This document shows positions 28,699 to 39,152 of a stretch of 64,000 nucleotides of DNA, piece after piece. Origin of the DNA: Deltaproteobacteria bacterium (GTDB lineage Bacteria > SAR324 > XYD2-FULL-50-16). The stretch lies in the NCBI GenBank assembly GCA_018657625.1, contig JABHWU010000095.1, positions 4,962 to 68,961 of the forward strand, given 5' to 3'. The notes beneath the pieces are model-generated. The model searched no databases and had not been told where the DNA came from. It was given only the letters and a program-made list of their open reading frames with translations. How positions within the stretch are numbered: position 1 is the first letter of the stretch; every line of letters begins with the position of its first letter. The translations under genes were made by a program, and so were the position numbers.

Positions 28699-29412
28699 AT
28701 GAGTATATTCCAATTGGGTGAAAACCTTGTTTTTCCTGACCCCAGGTTAGCAGAACCTGAAGGATTGCTGGCCTTTGGTGGAGATTTGGAGCCTGAAAGG
28801 ATTTTGATGGCTTACAAAATGGGTATTTTCCCCTGGTTCTCAGATAACCAGCCCATCTTATGGTGGTCACCGGACCCCAGGATGGTACTATTTCCAGAAC
28901 AATTTCATATTTCAAAGACTTTAAGACGACGTCTGAGATCAAAAAAATTTACTGTAGAATTTGATCGAAATTTCTCTGAAATCATTCAATATTGTGCGAT
29001 AACGCCCCGTCATGGAGAGCAAGGGACCTGGATTACTGATGAAATGATTGAGGCTTATCATAAATTGCATCTGTTAGGTTTTGCGCATTGTGTTTCCGTG
29101 TCAATCGCAGGTAAATTGGTGGGTGGATTGTATGGAATATCTATTGGCAAGGGATTTTTTGGAGAATCTATGTTCAGCCTGGAAAAAGATGTTTCGAAAA
29201 TCGGCTTTGCATACCTGGCCGGAGTACTAAACAATTGGGGTTTTGATATTATTGACTGTCAATTACCCACCGATCACCTCAAAACCCTGGGTGCTGTAAA
29301 AATAGACCGGACGGCATTTTTAAACATGCTTAGCCAGATTACCCAAAATCCAACCCGACAGGGTAACTGGAGAGAAAAAGCAAAAATTGAAATAGACAAT
29401 ATCGTTTTTTAG
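28699..29412 (+). CDS. aat: leucyl/phenylalanyl-tRNA--protein transferase
   Basis: 237 aa. Blocks FPDPRLAEPEGLLAFGGDL, AYKMGIFPWF, WWSPDPRMVL. Confidence 0.9.
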   Translation: MSIFQLGENLVFPDPRLAEPEGLLAFGGDLEPERILMAYKMGIFPWFSDNQPILWWSPDPRMVLFPEQFHISKTLRRRLRSKKFTVEFDRNFSEIIQYCAITPRHGEQGTWITDEMIEAYHKLHLLGFAHCVSVSIAGKLVGGLYGISIGKGFFGESMFSLEKDVSKIGFAYLAGVLNNWGFDIIDCQLPTDHLKTLGAVKIDRTAFLNMLSQITQNPTRQGNWREKAKIEIDNIVF

Positions 29413-30206
29413 TCCCAATTAACACTTTCCAGTTGTAGTTTGACATTGCCCTGATAAAACTCCACTAAGTAACCTGGAGATTCAGCTAAAAAAATAAATG
29501 AAAATGTCGTTTTTTCTGATGGTAACAATGTTTTCACCAAAAATGATGTCGGTTTGACGCTGATCCAGACACATTTTTTCTCACCCAAAATTGAATTACA
29601 GGTTTTAATTTTTTCAAGCTTAGCTACAATTTCCAATTCACTCAGCGATATTGGTAAATGATTAGCATCCAGTTCAAAAGCGATTAGCGGTAAATAAAGC
29701 ACCAATTCAATTTTTTTGTTTTTAATAATTTCAGGAATTCTTTTTTGCAGTGCCATATCAATAACCTCAAAGGGAACTAGCTGCTCTGTTAATTCAATAT
29801 CAAAAGTTTTTTCTTCTGATTTTTGTTTCATATAGGTTTTAATATTTTTTTCTGAAAAAATATCGATCACTAATAATCCATTTCTATAATCGGACTCCTC
29901 TGATCGTTTTAATTGCCCTTTACTTGCTTTAAACCAAAGTTCTTTTTTACTGTACACTTCCCCTTTTTGATTAATATTCTCACTGCTAATGATTATTTCC
30001 TGATCGACTATTTTATGCTTAATATTTGTATATCCGGTGATTTTTTGTTTTTTTTCATTCCAATGTTTATATCTTAATTCCAATCCGGGTGATAATTGAT
30101 TTTTAAACCCTAAAGCTAAAACGTTACTGGTAAAAACTAAAAAAAATATCAACCACAATAAGCTTTGGAAAAAGATTAGGTTGTTTTTTCTGTTAGAGAT
30201 TCGCAT
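29409..30206 (-). CDS. hypothetical secreted protein
   Basis: 265 aa. N-terminal hydrophobic signal LIFFQSLLWLIFFLVFTSNVLA. No motif recognised. Confidence 0.5.
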   Translation of the reverse strand: MRISNRKNNLIFFQSLLWLIFFLVFTSNVLALGFKNQLSPGLELRYKHWNEKKQKITGYTNIKHKIVDQEIIISSENINQKGEVYSKKELWFKASKGQLKRSEESDYRNGLLVIDIFSEKNIKTYMKQKSEEKTFDIELTEQLVPFEVIDMALQKRIPEIIKNKKIELVLYLPLIAFELDANHLPISLSELEIVAKLEKIKTCNSILGEKKCVWISVKPTSFLVKTLLPSEKTTFSFIFLAESPGYLVEFYQGNVKLQLESVNWD

Positions 30207-30321
30207 AATATTCTGATATTGGGGTTTTTAGGTTGAATAAAATGATTGGCAGTTTTATAAATTGAATCAAGCGAATATTGATATATTATAATGTAACAGA
30301 ATAATCCAAATAAAAACGATT

Positions 30322-31167
30322 ATGAGCGAAATAAAATTTACCAAAATGCAGGGTGCTGGCAATGATTATGTCTACATCAATTTATTTGAAACGGAAATAC
30401 CGGATCCGGTAACTTTAGCCCAAAAAATCAGCCACCGACGATATGGAGTGGGTTCAGATGGATTGATTTTAATAGCTCCCAGCCAAATTGCTGATGTCCA
30501 AATGATCATGTACAATTATGACGGATCCCAATCTGAAATGTGTGGCAATGGGATTCGGTGTGTGGGAAAATATGTCTGGGATCATCAACTGGTAGATAAA
30601 AAAACGCTTACCGTAGAAACAGGAGCCGGAGTTCTGTCATTAGACTTAATAACCAATTCAAACAACAAAGTTGAGTCTGTTCGCGTATCCATGGGAATTC
30701 CAGAGTTAAAGGGATTAAATATACCCAGTACAATCGATCAGGATTCAGTCATTAATTATCAATTTGATTTTGCTGATTTTAAATTAAAGGGGACTCTGGT
30801 TTCAATGGGAAACCCACATTTCGTGACTTATGTCGACGATGTCAAAAATACACCTGTGGAATCCTGGGGACCTATCATTGAAAACTCCGATTTTTTCCCC
30901 AATCGGGTTAATATAGAATTTGTGCAAGTTGTTTCAAAAAAAGAAGTTATCCAAAGAACCTGGGAGCGGGGTGCCGGGGAGACCTGGGCCTGTGGAACCG
31001 GTGCATCGGCCGTCTGCGTTGCCGGTGTTTTAAATCAAAAAAATAAAGCCTCTGTTTTAATTCATCTCACGGGAGGAGACTTAAATTTAAATTGGGATGG
31101 TCCAGGGACTTCCGTTATTAAAGAAGGCCCTGCGGTTGAAGTATATACGGGTTATTGGGAGCTGTAA
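30322..31167 (+). CDS. dapF: diaminopimelate epimerase
   Basis: 281 aa. FTKMQGAGNDYVYI, catalytic Cys blocks CGNGIRC and ACGTGA. Confidence 0.9.
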   Translation: MSEIKFTKMQGAGNDYVYINLFETEIPDPVTLAQKISHRRYGVGSDGLILIAPSQIADVQMIMYNYDGSQSEMCGNGIRCVGKYVWDHQLVDKKTLTVETGAGVLSLDLITNSNNKVESVRVSMGIPELKGLNIPSTIDQDSVINYQFDFADFKLKGTLVSMGNPHFVTYVDDVKNTPVESWGPIIENSDFFPNRVNIEFVQVVSKKEVIQRTWERGAGETWACGTGASAVCVAGVLNQKNKASVLIHLTGGDLNLNWDGPGTSVIKEGPAVEVYTGYWEL

Positions 31168-31188
31168 CACCATTCAAAATAAAACAAC

Positions 31189-32991
31189 ATGCAAAATGTC
31201 AAAGATCTAATCAAAAAAACACGGATCCATCACTTACCTTTTTATAAGTTTTTACCCTGGAAACCCAAATTAACTGAAACTCATATTGAGTTTTTTTTAG
31301 CCTGTCTGGTCGGTTTAGGAGCAGGATATGCCGCTGTTATATTTCGATTTGTTTTGCATAATTTTCATCATTTTTTTCTGGGATTTTTATACCCTCAGCT
31401 TAAAGAAATTTCCATTTTTCTAACACCCCTGATTCCGGTAATCGGAGCCTTAATATTAATACCTTTTTCACTAAAATACCCCGGAGAAATCAACGGATAT
31501 GGGATGCCACGGTTTCTGATCAGTGTCCACCTCAAGGGTGGTTTAATCAGAACCCGGGCGATTTTTATTAAGATCCTTACAGCAGCTATTACAATCGGAA
31601 CAGGTGGTTCAGCTGGTGTGGAGGGACCCATTGCTCAAATAGGTGGTGCCATAGGATCCTCAATCGGGCGTTTCTTTGAAATGGGAAGCCACCGGTTAAA
31701 AGTTCTGATTGCCTGTGGTTCTGCAGGAGCAATTGCTGCCCAATTCAATGCCCCCCTGGCAGGAGTATTATTTGCCCAGGAAATTATCATGGTGGGGGAA
31801 TTTCATCTACAGACTTTTGGTGTCATCGTTATTTCTTCTGGTTTGGCAACAGCAGTTTCTCGGGCATATTATAGTTCCGCACCTACTTTTAATATTTTAA
31901 AATATGAATTCCACAGCTACTATGAGTTCGGTTTTTATATCCTTTTAGGATTATTAATTGGCGTATTGGCTTATTTATTTATTAAAATGTTTTTTAAGAC
32001 CAGTGATTACTTTGCAAAATTAAACATTCACGAACAGGTTAAACCAATCATTGGTGCCTTTATGGTTGGTTGTATGGGGATCATCCATTTTGGTGTTTTA
32101 GGGGATGGGTATGAATATATTATCAAAGCCCTACAATCACCGGCTACAATCCCAATTGCCAGTATTGCGCTGCTGATAGTCCTTAAAATGATAGCAACCT
32201 CCATAACCTTGGGGTCCGGCAATGTTGGTGGTGTATTTGCCCCGGCACTATTCATCGGCGCTATGATTGGGGCAGTGTTCGGATGGGGAGTTAAATTCTT
32301 ATTCCCGGGTATGATCGTACAACCGGGTTCATATGCGCTGGTTGGCATGGGAGCCTTTCTGGCAGCAGCAACCCATGCCCCGATGACTGCCATTTTTTTA
32401 TTATTCGAAATTACCAATAATTATCAGGTCATTATTCCTATTATGTTTGCATCTGTATTGGGTGTGATGGTTGCCAGAAGGCTTTGCCCTGACTCGCTGG
32501 ACTCTATGGAATTATCACGGCAAGGGATCTACCTTCATGACGGTAAAGAAGAAAGTATATTAAGTTCAATCATGGTTAAAGAAGTGATGATTCGCGATTT
32601 TGATACTATTCCGGAAAATATGACTTTCGCACAATTCATGAAATTCCTTTCTAAAAGTAAATTTCAGTACTACCCCGTTTTAAATAATGAGGCTAAAATG
32701 ACGGGTCTTGTCTCTTTTCAGGATATCCGTGAAATAATGCTGGAACAGGGGCTGGAAGATCTAATAGTCATGAAAGACATTGCTGAAACGGATTTGATTA
32801 AAATTTTCCCCCATGATAGTCTGACTGTTGCTACTAAGCGTTTTGGTATTAAAGACATTGAAACAATTCCCGTGGTTGACCCTAATGATGACCAAAAAGT
32901 ATTGGGGATTTTAAAACGGAAAGATGTGATTGATGCTTATAACAAAGGTATTTTAATGCGTGAAATTTCCCGACAGAAAAATGGACATTAA
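31189..32991 (+). CDS. ClC-family voltage-gated chloride channel/antiporter with C-terminal CBS pair
   Basis: 600 aa. Selectivity motifs GGSAGVEGP and GGVFAPALFIGA. Two CBS-like repeats after residue ~460. Confidence 0.9.
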   Translation: MQNVKDLIKKTRIHHLPFYKFLPWKPKLTETHIEFFLACLVGLGAGYAAVIFRFVLHNFHHFFLGFLYPQLKEISIFLTPLIPVIGALILIPFSLKYPGEINGYGMPRFLISVHLKGGLIRTRAIFIKILTAAITIGTGGSAGVEGPIAQIGGAIGSSIGRFFEMGSHRLKVLIACGSAGAIAAQFNAPLAGVLFAQEIIMVGEFHLQTFGVIVISSGLATAVSRAYYSSAPTFNILKYEFHSYYEFGFYILLGLLIGVLAYLFIKMFFKTSDYFAKLNIHEQVKPIIGAFMVGCMGIIHFGVLGDGYEYIIKALQSPATIPIASIALLIVLKMIATSITLGSGNVGGVFAPALFIGAMIGAVFGWGVKFLFPGMIVQPGSYALVGMGAFLAAATHAPMTAIFLLFEITNNYQVIIPIMFASVLGVMVARRLCPDSLDSMELSRQGIYLHDGKEESILSSIMVKEVMIRDFDTIPENMTFAQFMKFLSKSKFQYYPVLNNEAKMTGLVSFQDIREIMLEQGLEDLIVMKDIAETDLIKIFPHDSLTVATKRFGIKDIETIPVVDPNDDQKVLGILKRKDVIDAYNKGILMREISRQKNGH

Positions 32992-33004
32992 ATAGAAGGA
33001 GAAT

Positions 33005-33229
33005 ATGAAAATAACAATAGAATATTGTGCCGCCTGAAACTATCTTCCCAGAGCTACCAGTTTGGTGGAAAAAATGAAGGAGGATTTAAATTTGTCGGCA
33101 GAGTTGATTAAATCTGATGGCGGTGTTTATGAAATTACCATGAATGGAGAATTAATCTATTCAAAACGTAAAACGGGTGTTTTCCCCGAAGAAAGTGAGA
33201 TCATCGATAAAGTCAGAGAACGGATGTGA
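33005..33229 (+). CDS. Rdx-family (SelW/SelT/SelH-like) selenoprotein, UGA-Sec at 33035-33037
   Basis: Not in the ORF track. AAGGAG lies just upstream of ATG 33005. Reads MKITIEYCAA[TGA]NYLPRATSLVEKMKEDLNLSAELIKSDGGVYEITMNGELIYSKRKTGVFPEESEIIDKVRERM*. It has a CxxU motif plus the GG.(Y/F)E(I/V)...G.LI.SK...G.FP signature of the family. A small hairpin follows the UGA (33054-33068). Confidence 0.7.
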
Positions 33230-33255
33230 TATATGCGGAGACCTACTGGTTGACC

Positions 33256-33942
33256 TTAAATTCGAATCTGTTGAATCGAATCTATAATCGGCTGCATTTT
33301 TTCCTGATGTTCCGGTTGAACCAGCAAGATTTGTAACGCCTTATTCTGTATTAAATTATCTGCAACAGGTCCGCCCTTCAAATCGTCACCCTTCCCCATT
33401 TCAATATCTAAATGGACTAAAATATCTGTTAAATTACCGGAAATACCACTTGAGTCAACATGCTCTATAAATTGTTTAAAAACAGTATTAACTGATATTG
33501 AAAAAGGATCTTGTTCGGCACAACCTTCATCTCTGCAATTTACATTAGATATCAAACTTCTACATTCAAAAGGACGAACGTCATAAATGGTGCAGGTTTC
33601 ATTCTTCAATAAAGGGCAACGACCTGTCACCTGATTACCTTGCTCATCCGGAGTTTCTTCACCCTTCATACACATTTCTGCAAAATCGTTAGTGGTCAAT
33701 TGCGTGTGAAATCGGGGTAAATGTGAAAACTTTCTGATTTTATTTATAGAATGGTCGTCTGCATTTGCTTTAAAGTGGTTATATATCAGGATACCTTCCA
33801 GTGAGGTTATCACAACATTGCGTGTACAACAATGAGCACAACCTTTTTTGCAGGCTAAATCCAGTGAGTTGGTGTACTGTTCGTAAATGGAATATATCTT
33901 TCTAAGAAGCAGTAGTTTATCCGGGATTTTAAGTTGTTCCAT
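33256..33942 (-). CDS. YkgJ-family (CxxCxxCC) cysteine-cluster protein
   Basis: Start placed at ATG 33942 (MEQLKIPDK). The longer track ORF begins inside a family C repeat (MYMSPNF). Contains the motif CKKGCAHCC plus a later Cys-rich block. Confidence 0.65.
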   Translation of the reverse strand: MEQLKIPDKLLLLRKIYSIYEQYTNSLDLACKKGCAHCCTRNVVITSLEGILIYNHFKANADDHSINKIRKFSHLPRFHTQLTTNDFAEMCMKGEETPDEQGNQVTGRCPLLKNETCTIYDVRPFECRSLISNVNCRDEGCAEQDPFSISVNTVFKQFIEHVDSSGISGNLTDILVHLDIEMGKGDDLKGGPVADNLIQNKALQILLVQPEHQEKMQPIIDSIQQIRI

Positions 33943-34032
33943 AGGGCTAGGGTATGAATTATTATGGTTAAAATTGAAAAACAAAAAAAACTGGTGTTGT
34001 GTCAATTTTGAAAGGTTGTCGTCAAATAAGCT

Positions 34033-34125
34033 GAAATTGGGGGACATGTACAAATTATGGTACCTTACTTAAAATAACTGTATCAAGCTGTTACGTGTAC
34101 CCTGATTTCTGCGGATCTAAACCGT
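34033..34125 (-). repeat. family C repeat (inverted orientation)
   Basis: AAATTGGGGGACATGTACA...GTTACGTGTACCCTGATTTCTGCGG is the reverse complement of the 10764-10866 unit. Confidence 0.8.
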
Positions 34126-34555
34126 TTTTTTTTGATATGGCATAGCATTAATAAATAACAAATTTATAAAATTCAATAAAGACAAAACAATATATTTTCC
34201 AAAAATTGAAAATTAAATATATCAATCTATAGCGCTTTTCAAATGTATTGAAGCGAATTGCAAAAAACAACGGTATCAAAGTTTGCCTCCTTAAATGAAG
34301 GGATACTTTTCGAAGACACTTCGACCTCACTCAGTGCCCGAATGTGTTTAATGCAAATTGATATAGGATTATGGTCATAATGTTGAAATTTGCTATATAA
34401 AAAACGATGCTAAAATCGTGATTTTGGCATTATTCAAAGTGCTACTATGATTTGAGACTTGATAATAACAGTAAAAAAAGTAATGCTACTCCTTAAATTG
34501 TCATAATTTTATAATAGTTTTCAGTTAAACTATAATTTCAAGCATTATAATAAAA

Positions 34556-35539
34556 ATGAATAACCCAATGAATTCAGTCACAACAGAAACCTCTGAATTG
34601 GATAGAAATATTTTACTATCTGTCATTATTCCACTTTATAATGAAGAAGAAAGTTTAACAGAGTTATATAATCAAATTTTGACTGAGGTGCAAACCCATG
34701 ACTTAGCGCCATATGAGCTTCTATTTATCAATGATGGTTCAATTGATAATTCACTTGAAATTCTGAGTGAGTTGAAATCAAAAGATGAAAATATCCGTAT
34801 TATTAATTTCTACCGAAATTATGGAAAAGCTGCGGCTTTAACTGTTGGATTCAGGTTGTGTCGGGGGGAAAACATTATTACCATGGACGCAGATTTACAG
34901 GATGACCCCAAGGAAATTCAAAAATTTATTGCGCTATCCGAAGAGAAAAAGCTGGATATGATATCGGGGTGGAAAAAAATTCGTCATGATTCTCTGGAAA
35001 AAAGATTACCCTCTAAATTCTTCAATTATATCACTTCAAAAGTTGGCGGGATCACTCTCCATGATTTTAATTGTGGCTTAAAATTCTATAAACGCAAAGT
35101 TGTCAAAAGTATTTTTCATTTGATTTATGGTGATATGCATCGCTTTATTCCTTTATTGGCACATTGGAGCGGATTTAAGGTTGGGGAAATGGTAGTGAGG
35201 CATCACGCCAGGAAACATGGTATCAGCAAATATGGTTTAGGCCGTTATTTCCATGGATTTATTGATTTACTGACCCTAAGTTTGTTAAGTCGCTATAAAA
35301 GCAGACCCATGCATGTCTTTGGCGGATTTGGGACCCTTACTTTATTAGCTGGTATGGGTATCAATGTTTACTTCCTGATAGAATGGATAATGACCCAATC
35401 TCTACATATACGCCCAATCATGCTTTTGGGGATTATTTTAGTAGTAGTATCTTTACAGTTTTTTAGTTTGGGATTTATCAGTGAAATTATCATCCAACGC
35501 AGTTCCAAAGATAAAGACTATAATTTTGAAGAATTTTAA
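34556..35539 (+). CDS. family 2 glycosyltransferase, polyprenyl-phosphate sugar synthase type (ArnC/GtrB/DPM1-like)
   Basis: 327 aa. LSVIIPLYNEEESL, NDGSIDNS and MDADLQDDP (DxD) blocks, with two C-terminal TM helices. Confidence 0.85.
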   Translation: MNNPMNSVTTETSELDRNILLSVIIPLYNEEESLTELYNQILTEVQTHDLAPYELLFINDGSIDNSLEILSELKSKDENIRIINFYRNYGKAAALTVGFRLCRGENIITMDADLQDDPKEIQKFIALSEEKKLDMISGWKKIRHDSLEKRLPSKFFNYITSKVGGITLHDFNCGLKFYKRKVVKSIFHLIYGDMHRFIPLLAHWSGFKVGEMVVRHHARKHGISKYGLGRYFHGFIDLLTLSLLSRYKSRPMHVFGGFGTLTLLAGMGINVYFLIEWIMTQSLHIRPIMLLGIILVVVSLQFFSLGFISEIIIQRSSKDKDYNFEEF

Positions 35540-36675
35540 TCTAAGTAATTTTCGATCAATTTACCGCTGACATTTTGAAGATCTAACTTAATACCTTTTG
35601 GTACCATAACTTTAATTCGACCGTTGTAGTCCCGGGTCATCCCGCTTTTATCAATTCTGATGTTAATTGTGGTCTGATGATTGTCACTTTCTTCTTTATC
35701 AACCACCAGCTTAAACTCAGACCAGGAAAAACCATTTGCCAAGACCAGAAAATCAAAATCAACATGGTTACGACGGCCATAATTCAAAACAATTTTTTCA
35801 TCTGGTAAAACACAATTCACTTTTAGTAACTTGGTTTGGGGTAAAATAGCTTCGTTTAATCGTGTATGCTTGGTAATAGAAGCGTTCAATAAAAAAGCCA
35901 CGATAAAAAGCAAACATAAAACCAAGGATAAACCATAAAACAGTATCTTCTTTTTTATTGAGCCATTTTCAATAGGGGTATCAGGTTTCTGATTGATATA
36001 CTCCAAAGGAAAAACCAATTTGAAATATAAAATACAATTCACTATTTGAGTAATACTAAACGACCAAAAAACATCGGATGCAAAGTGCCCTCCCTGAGCT
36101 ATCCGCGCCACACTCAATATTAACCCCAATAACAAGCTACCAGCCAGACTTAACCAGGCCAGTTTTTTTCTATGACAATAAAAGACATAGAAAAGAATTG
36201 TCAAAACAAACCCGGCACTGGCATGCCCGGAAGGAAAACTATTACCCTCTTTACCAAATTCTAATATTTTTAAGAACTGTTCAGATTCGCCATAGCGTTC
36301 AATAGCATAGGGTCTGGGTCGACCAAAATTCGGTTTTAATATCCCATTGATAATTGCACCCGGACCTAATAATATAGCCAGAATAATGCAGATCGCTTTC
36401 ATTCGGGTTAGTTTGTTATGGGAAATCACCAGGGTATAAACAATAGCAACAAAAGCTGCCAATAATACGAAAGAAGCAGGTCCGGTACCATATATATAAA
36501 TCCATCCCCATAAAGTATTACTGGTACTGGCCCAGTCCCAATTTTCTATTCTTTGATACCAGAAATCGCTGATGATCAAATCCAAATCCGTGAACCTGAA
36601 CACCAACGTTACTATTACTAGTACGATTAAATTTATAAGCAGGTGAAATTTTAAATTAAAGATCTTCTGAGGCAT
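35536..36675 (-). CDS. PAP2-family membrane phosphatase with extra C-terminal domain
   Basis: 379 aa. Acid-phosphatase motifs KPNFGRPRP, PSGHAS and SRIAQGGHFASD. Multiple TM helices. A ~130-aa soluble tail of unknown fold. Confidence 0.75.
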   Translation of the reverse strand: MPQKIFNLKFHLLINLIVLVIVTLVFRFTDLDLIISDFWYQRIENWDWASTSNTLWGWIYIYGTGPASFVLLAAFVAIVYTLVISHNKLTRMKAICIILAILLGPGAIINGILKPNFGRPRPYAIERYGESEQFLKILEFGKEGNSFPSGHASAGFVLTILFYVFYCHRKKLAWLSLAGSLLLGLILSVARIAQGGHFASDVFWSFSITQIVNCILYFKLVFPLEYINQKPDTPIENGSIKKKILFYGLSLVLCLLFIVAFLLNASITKHTRLNEAILPQTKLLKVNCVLPDEKIVLNYGRRNHVDFDFLVLANGFSWSEFKLVVDKEESDNHQTTINIRIDKSGMTRDYNGRIKVMVPKGIKLDLQNVSGKLIENYLD

Positions 36676-36703
36676 AATAATTGGTTTGTATTGATTGAAA
36701 AAA

Positions 36704-38194
36704 CTACATTTTATAAATCAGTAATGTTTTTGCTTGGCGATAACGATCTTTCGATTTCCCTTCCCATATTTTTTTAAGATTAGTGTTATATTTTAAAAAT
36801 AACTTTTCTTGGGATTGAACACTGCTCGTTCGATAATTGATACCAATATATTCAGCACCATGATTTTTATATTTTTCAAGTGCTTTCAAACCAGGGAGAT
36901 TGCGAATATGCCAACCTTTGGCGCCTGAATAATATACAGCTTGATTCCTCTGCAAAGAATCAGGATCAACAATCAATACATATTTATGGTTTTGATTAAA
37001 CTCTTTTATTTTCGATCCCAATAGCACAGGAGACATATCGAGGGAAGCTTTAGTATAGGTGTATTTACTGGCCACAATAAATAGCAATATCCAGATGGTA
37101 CTAATACAAAGTCGATAATAGGGTTTGGTTAGTTTCTTTCCGAGCCAGTAAAACCACTGTTTGAAACCAATCGCTGCAATAAAAATCACAGGTGCCGCAA
37201 ATGGCATTTGGTAGTAATCATGTTCCATGTTACCACCTCTGACAAACAAGAAGTAAAACATAACTGAAACCAACCAATACAATACGATTTTAACTTTAAT
37301 CAATTTTTTAAAATGACGTATGAACGTATAAATCACTATCAAAAAGCCTAATACTAAAAGTGTAAAATCACCTACTGAAGCAAGTAAAGACAACCAATAC
37401 ACTTTATTTACCCAAATAGAAAAAGGGCCTAGCAAACCGGCGGAAGCCATCAGATTGTTTCCTCCAGTTCCTGAATTCATCTGTATTTGACAATAATAAA
37501 TCCATGACAAAACAGGACCGACGGTTCCTAATAAAAGTAAAATATTCGACACTCTGATGAGTTTTTTCCATCCTTGATATTCAATTAATAACATCAAATA
37601 TGCAATCCCGATATATAGCGCATAAGCTTTTGATAAGGCAGCGATGGCTGTGTAAAGTATCGTAAAAAACAAGGATCTGTAATTCTGTTGACGCACCCAG
37701 AATCGAAAATGATACAAACCCGCAATGATGAAATTCACCATAATGACATCAGTCATCACGGTTCGATGAAAATACCAAACCATGGGTGATATCAAGTAAA
37801 AAGCAATGGCTATATTGGCGACTTTTTCATTCGTTTCTTCTAAGACCAATCGGTAAAAATAAATGGATCCTAACACCGAAAAAAGAATTACGATCAATCT
37901 GGCAATCCACTCCGATTCTGCCCCGAACAAGTTAAATCCAACAGCTATTAAACCAGACAATATCGGAAGTTCAGCATAGGTACTGTTCGAATCACTTTTA
38001 ATATTTTCAAATAAATCAACTTTTGCATTAAAAAAAGACGAAACGCCATCTTTAGCAATATATCTGGCAGATGCCATCGTCGTTATTTGATTCCAGCTAT
38101 GCCAATCACTAATAGGGTTTGTAATATAAGGCAGTTTTAGGAGAATTGCAAAAATCACTATTATTAACAGTGAATATTTTTTATGTTTATTCAT
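36704..38194 (-). CDS. GT-C fold membrane glycosyltransferase (ArnT/PMT_2-like)
   Basis: 496 aa with about 11-12 TM helices and a soluble C-terminal domain. The architecture, plus neighbouring an ArnC-like synthase, supports a polyprenyl-P-sugar-dependent transferase. Motif-level support is weak. Confidence 0.6.
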   Translation of the reverse strand: MNKHKKYSLLIIVIFAILLKLPYITNPISDWHSWNQITTMASARYIAKDGVSSFFNAKVDLFENIKSDSNSTYAELPILSGLIAVGFNLFGAESEWIARLIVILFSVLGSIYFYRLVLEETNEKVANIAIAFYLISPMVWYFHRTVMTDVIMVNFIIAGLYHFRFWVRQQNYRSLFFTILYTAIAALSKAYALYIGIAYLMLLIEYQGWKKLIRVSNILLLLGTVGPVLSWIYYCQIQMNSGTGGNNLMASAGLLGPFSIWVNKVYWLSLLASVGDFTLLVLGFLIVIYTFIRHFKKLIKVKIVLYWLVSVMFYFLFVRGGNMEHDYYQMPFAAPVIFIAAIGFKQWFYWLGKKLTKPYYRLCISTIWILLFIVASKYTYTKASLDMSPVLLGSKIKEFNQNHKYVLIVDPDSLQRNQAVYYSGAKGWHIRNLPGLKALEKYKNHGAEYIGINYRTSSVQSQEKLFLKYNTNLKKIWEGKSKDRYRQAKTLLIYKM

Positions 38195-39122
38195 TTGAAT
38201 CCACTGGTTCAGTTGTTGATGAAGTGTCGTTTACAAATACACTCATCAAAGTCATTAATAACTCTACACTAGTCGTCCAAACTCTTGCAAAAACTGCTAT
38301 TGCAGCTGCCTCTGTGGTGCTGATGCTTAATGATAACAGTAAAATCATTATTGATTCCCGCACTCCGATACCACTTGGGGCAAATATTGAGACAAATCCG
38401 GTAAACCAGGCGGCAACATAAATAAGAATAAATGTACTTGAAAACTGGATATCCGGTTTCAACGAAATAATTAAGAAGTAAAATGCAATTCCTTGAATCA
38501 GCCAACTAACACAATAACCAATAGAAATTGAAAAAAGTGATATGTTTTTTAAAACTTTTATCTGATTCGAAATCTGGAGTTCAATATTCTTAAATAGTGG
38601 TTGGAAAATTCTAAAAAATAATGAAATTAAAAATTTGACCTTAAATAAAGCAATTATTCCTGATACCAAAAAAAACGGAGCCAGATTGGAAATTGTATTA
38701 AATTGAGACATTGGTGTAATTATTAAACAACTTGTTAAAATAATTCCTGCACCTAATGCCATTAATAGCATTTCAATAAATGACGCAGCAGTCACCCAAT
38801 AAAGATCAAACCCTTTTCTCCTAAGCGCTTCAAACTTCCCAATCACCATCCAGACTTTACCGGGAATATATCTTCCCAATTGAGAAATAAAATAAATTTG
38901 TTGATAGCTAGCAAAACTAATTGTTTTTTTGAAAATCAATATTTGGTGGCTTAATTTACAAACCAAAATGAAATGTAAAAGCAACAAAATAACACTAATG
39001 GAAAGATATCTGAAATCTAATTTCAATGATCTTATAAGATTATAGTCCCAATCTTTTGAAATATAATATGAGATCCCTAATATAACAAAACATAATACAA
39101 AAATTTTAATTATCTTATTCAC
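38187..39122 (-). CDS. flippase-like membrane protein (LPG_synthase_TM/UPF0104 family)
   Basis: 311 aa, polytopic. Contains the QLGRYIPGKVW block typical of the family. GTG start. Confidence 0.6.
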   Translation of the reverse strand: MNKIIKIFVLCFVILGISYYISKDWDYNLIRSLKLDFRYLSISVILLLLHFILVCKLSHQILIFKKTISFASYQQIYFISQLGRYIPGKVWMVIGKFEALRRKGFDLYWVTAASFIEMLLMALGAGIILTSCLIITPMSQFNTISNLAPFFLVSGIIALFKVKFLISLFFRIFQPLFKNIELQISNQIKVLKNISLFSISIGYCVSWLIQGIAFYFLIISLKPDIQFSSTFILIYVAAWFTGFVSIFAPSGIGVRESIMILLLSLSISTTEAAAIAVFARVWTTSVELLMTLMSVFVNDTSSTTEPVDSNE

Positions 39123-39152
39123 TAATTTTGCCTGTGCTATTTGATCTTGATA

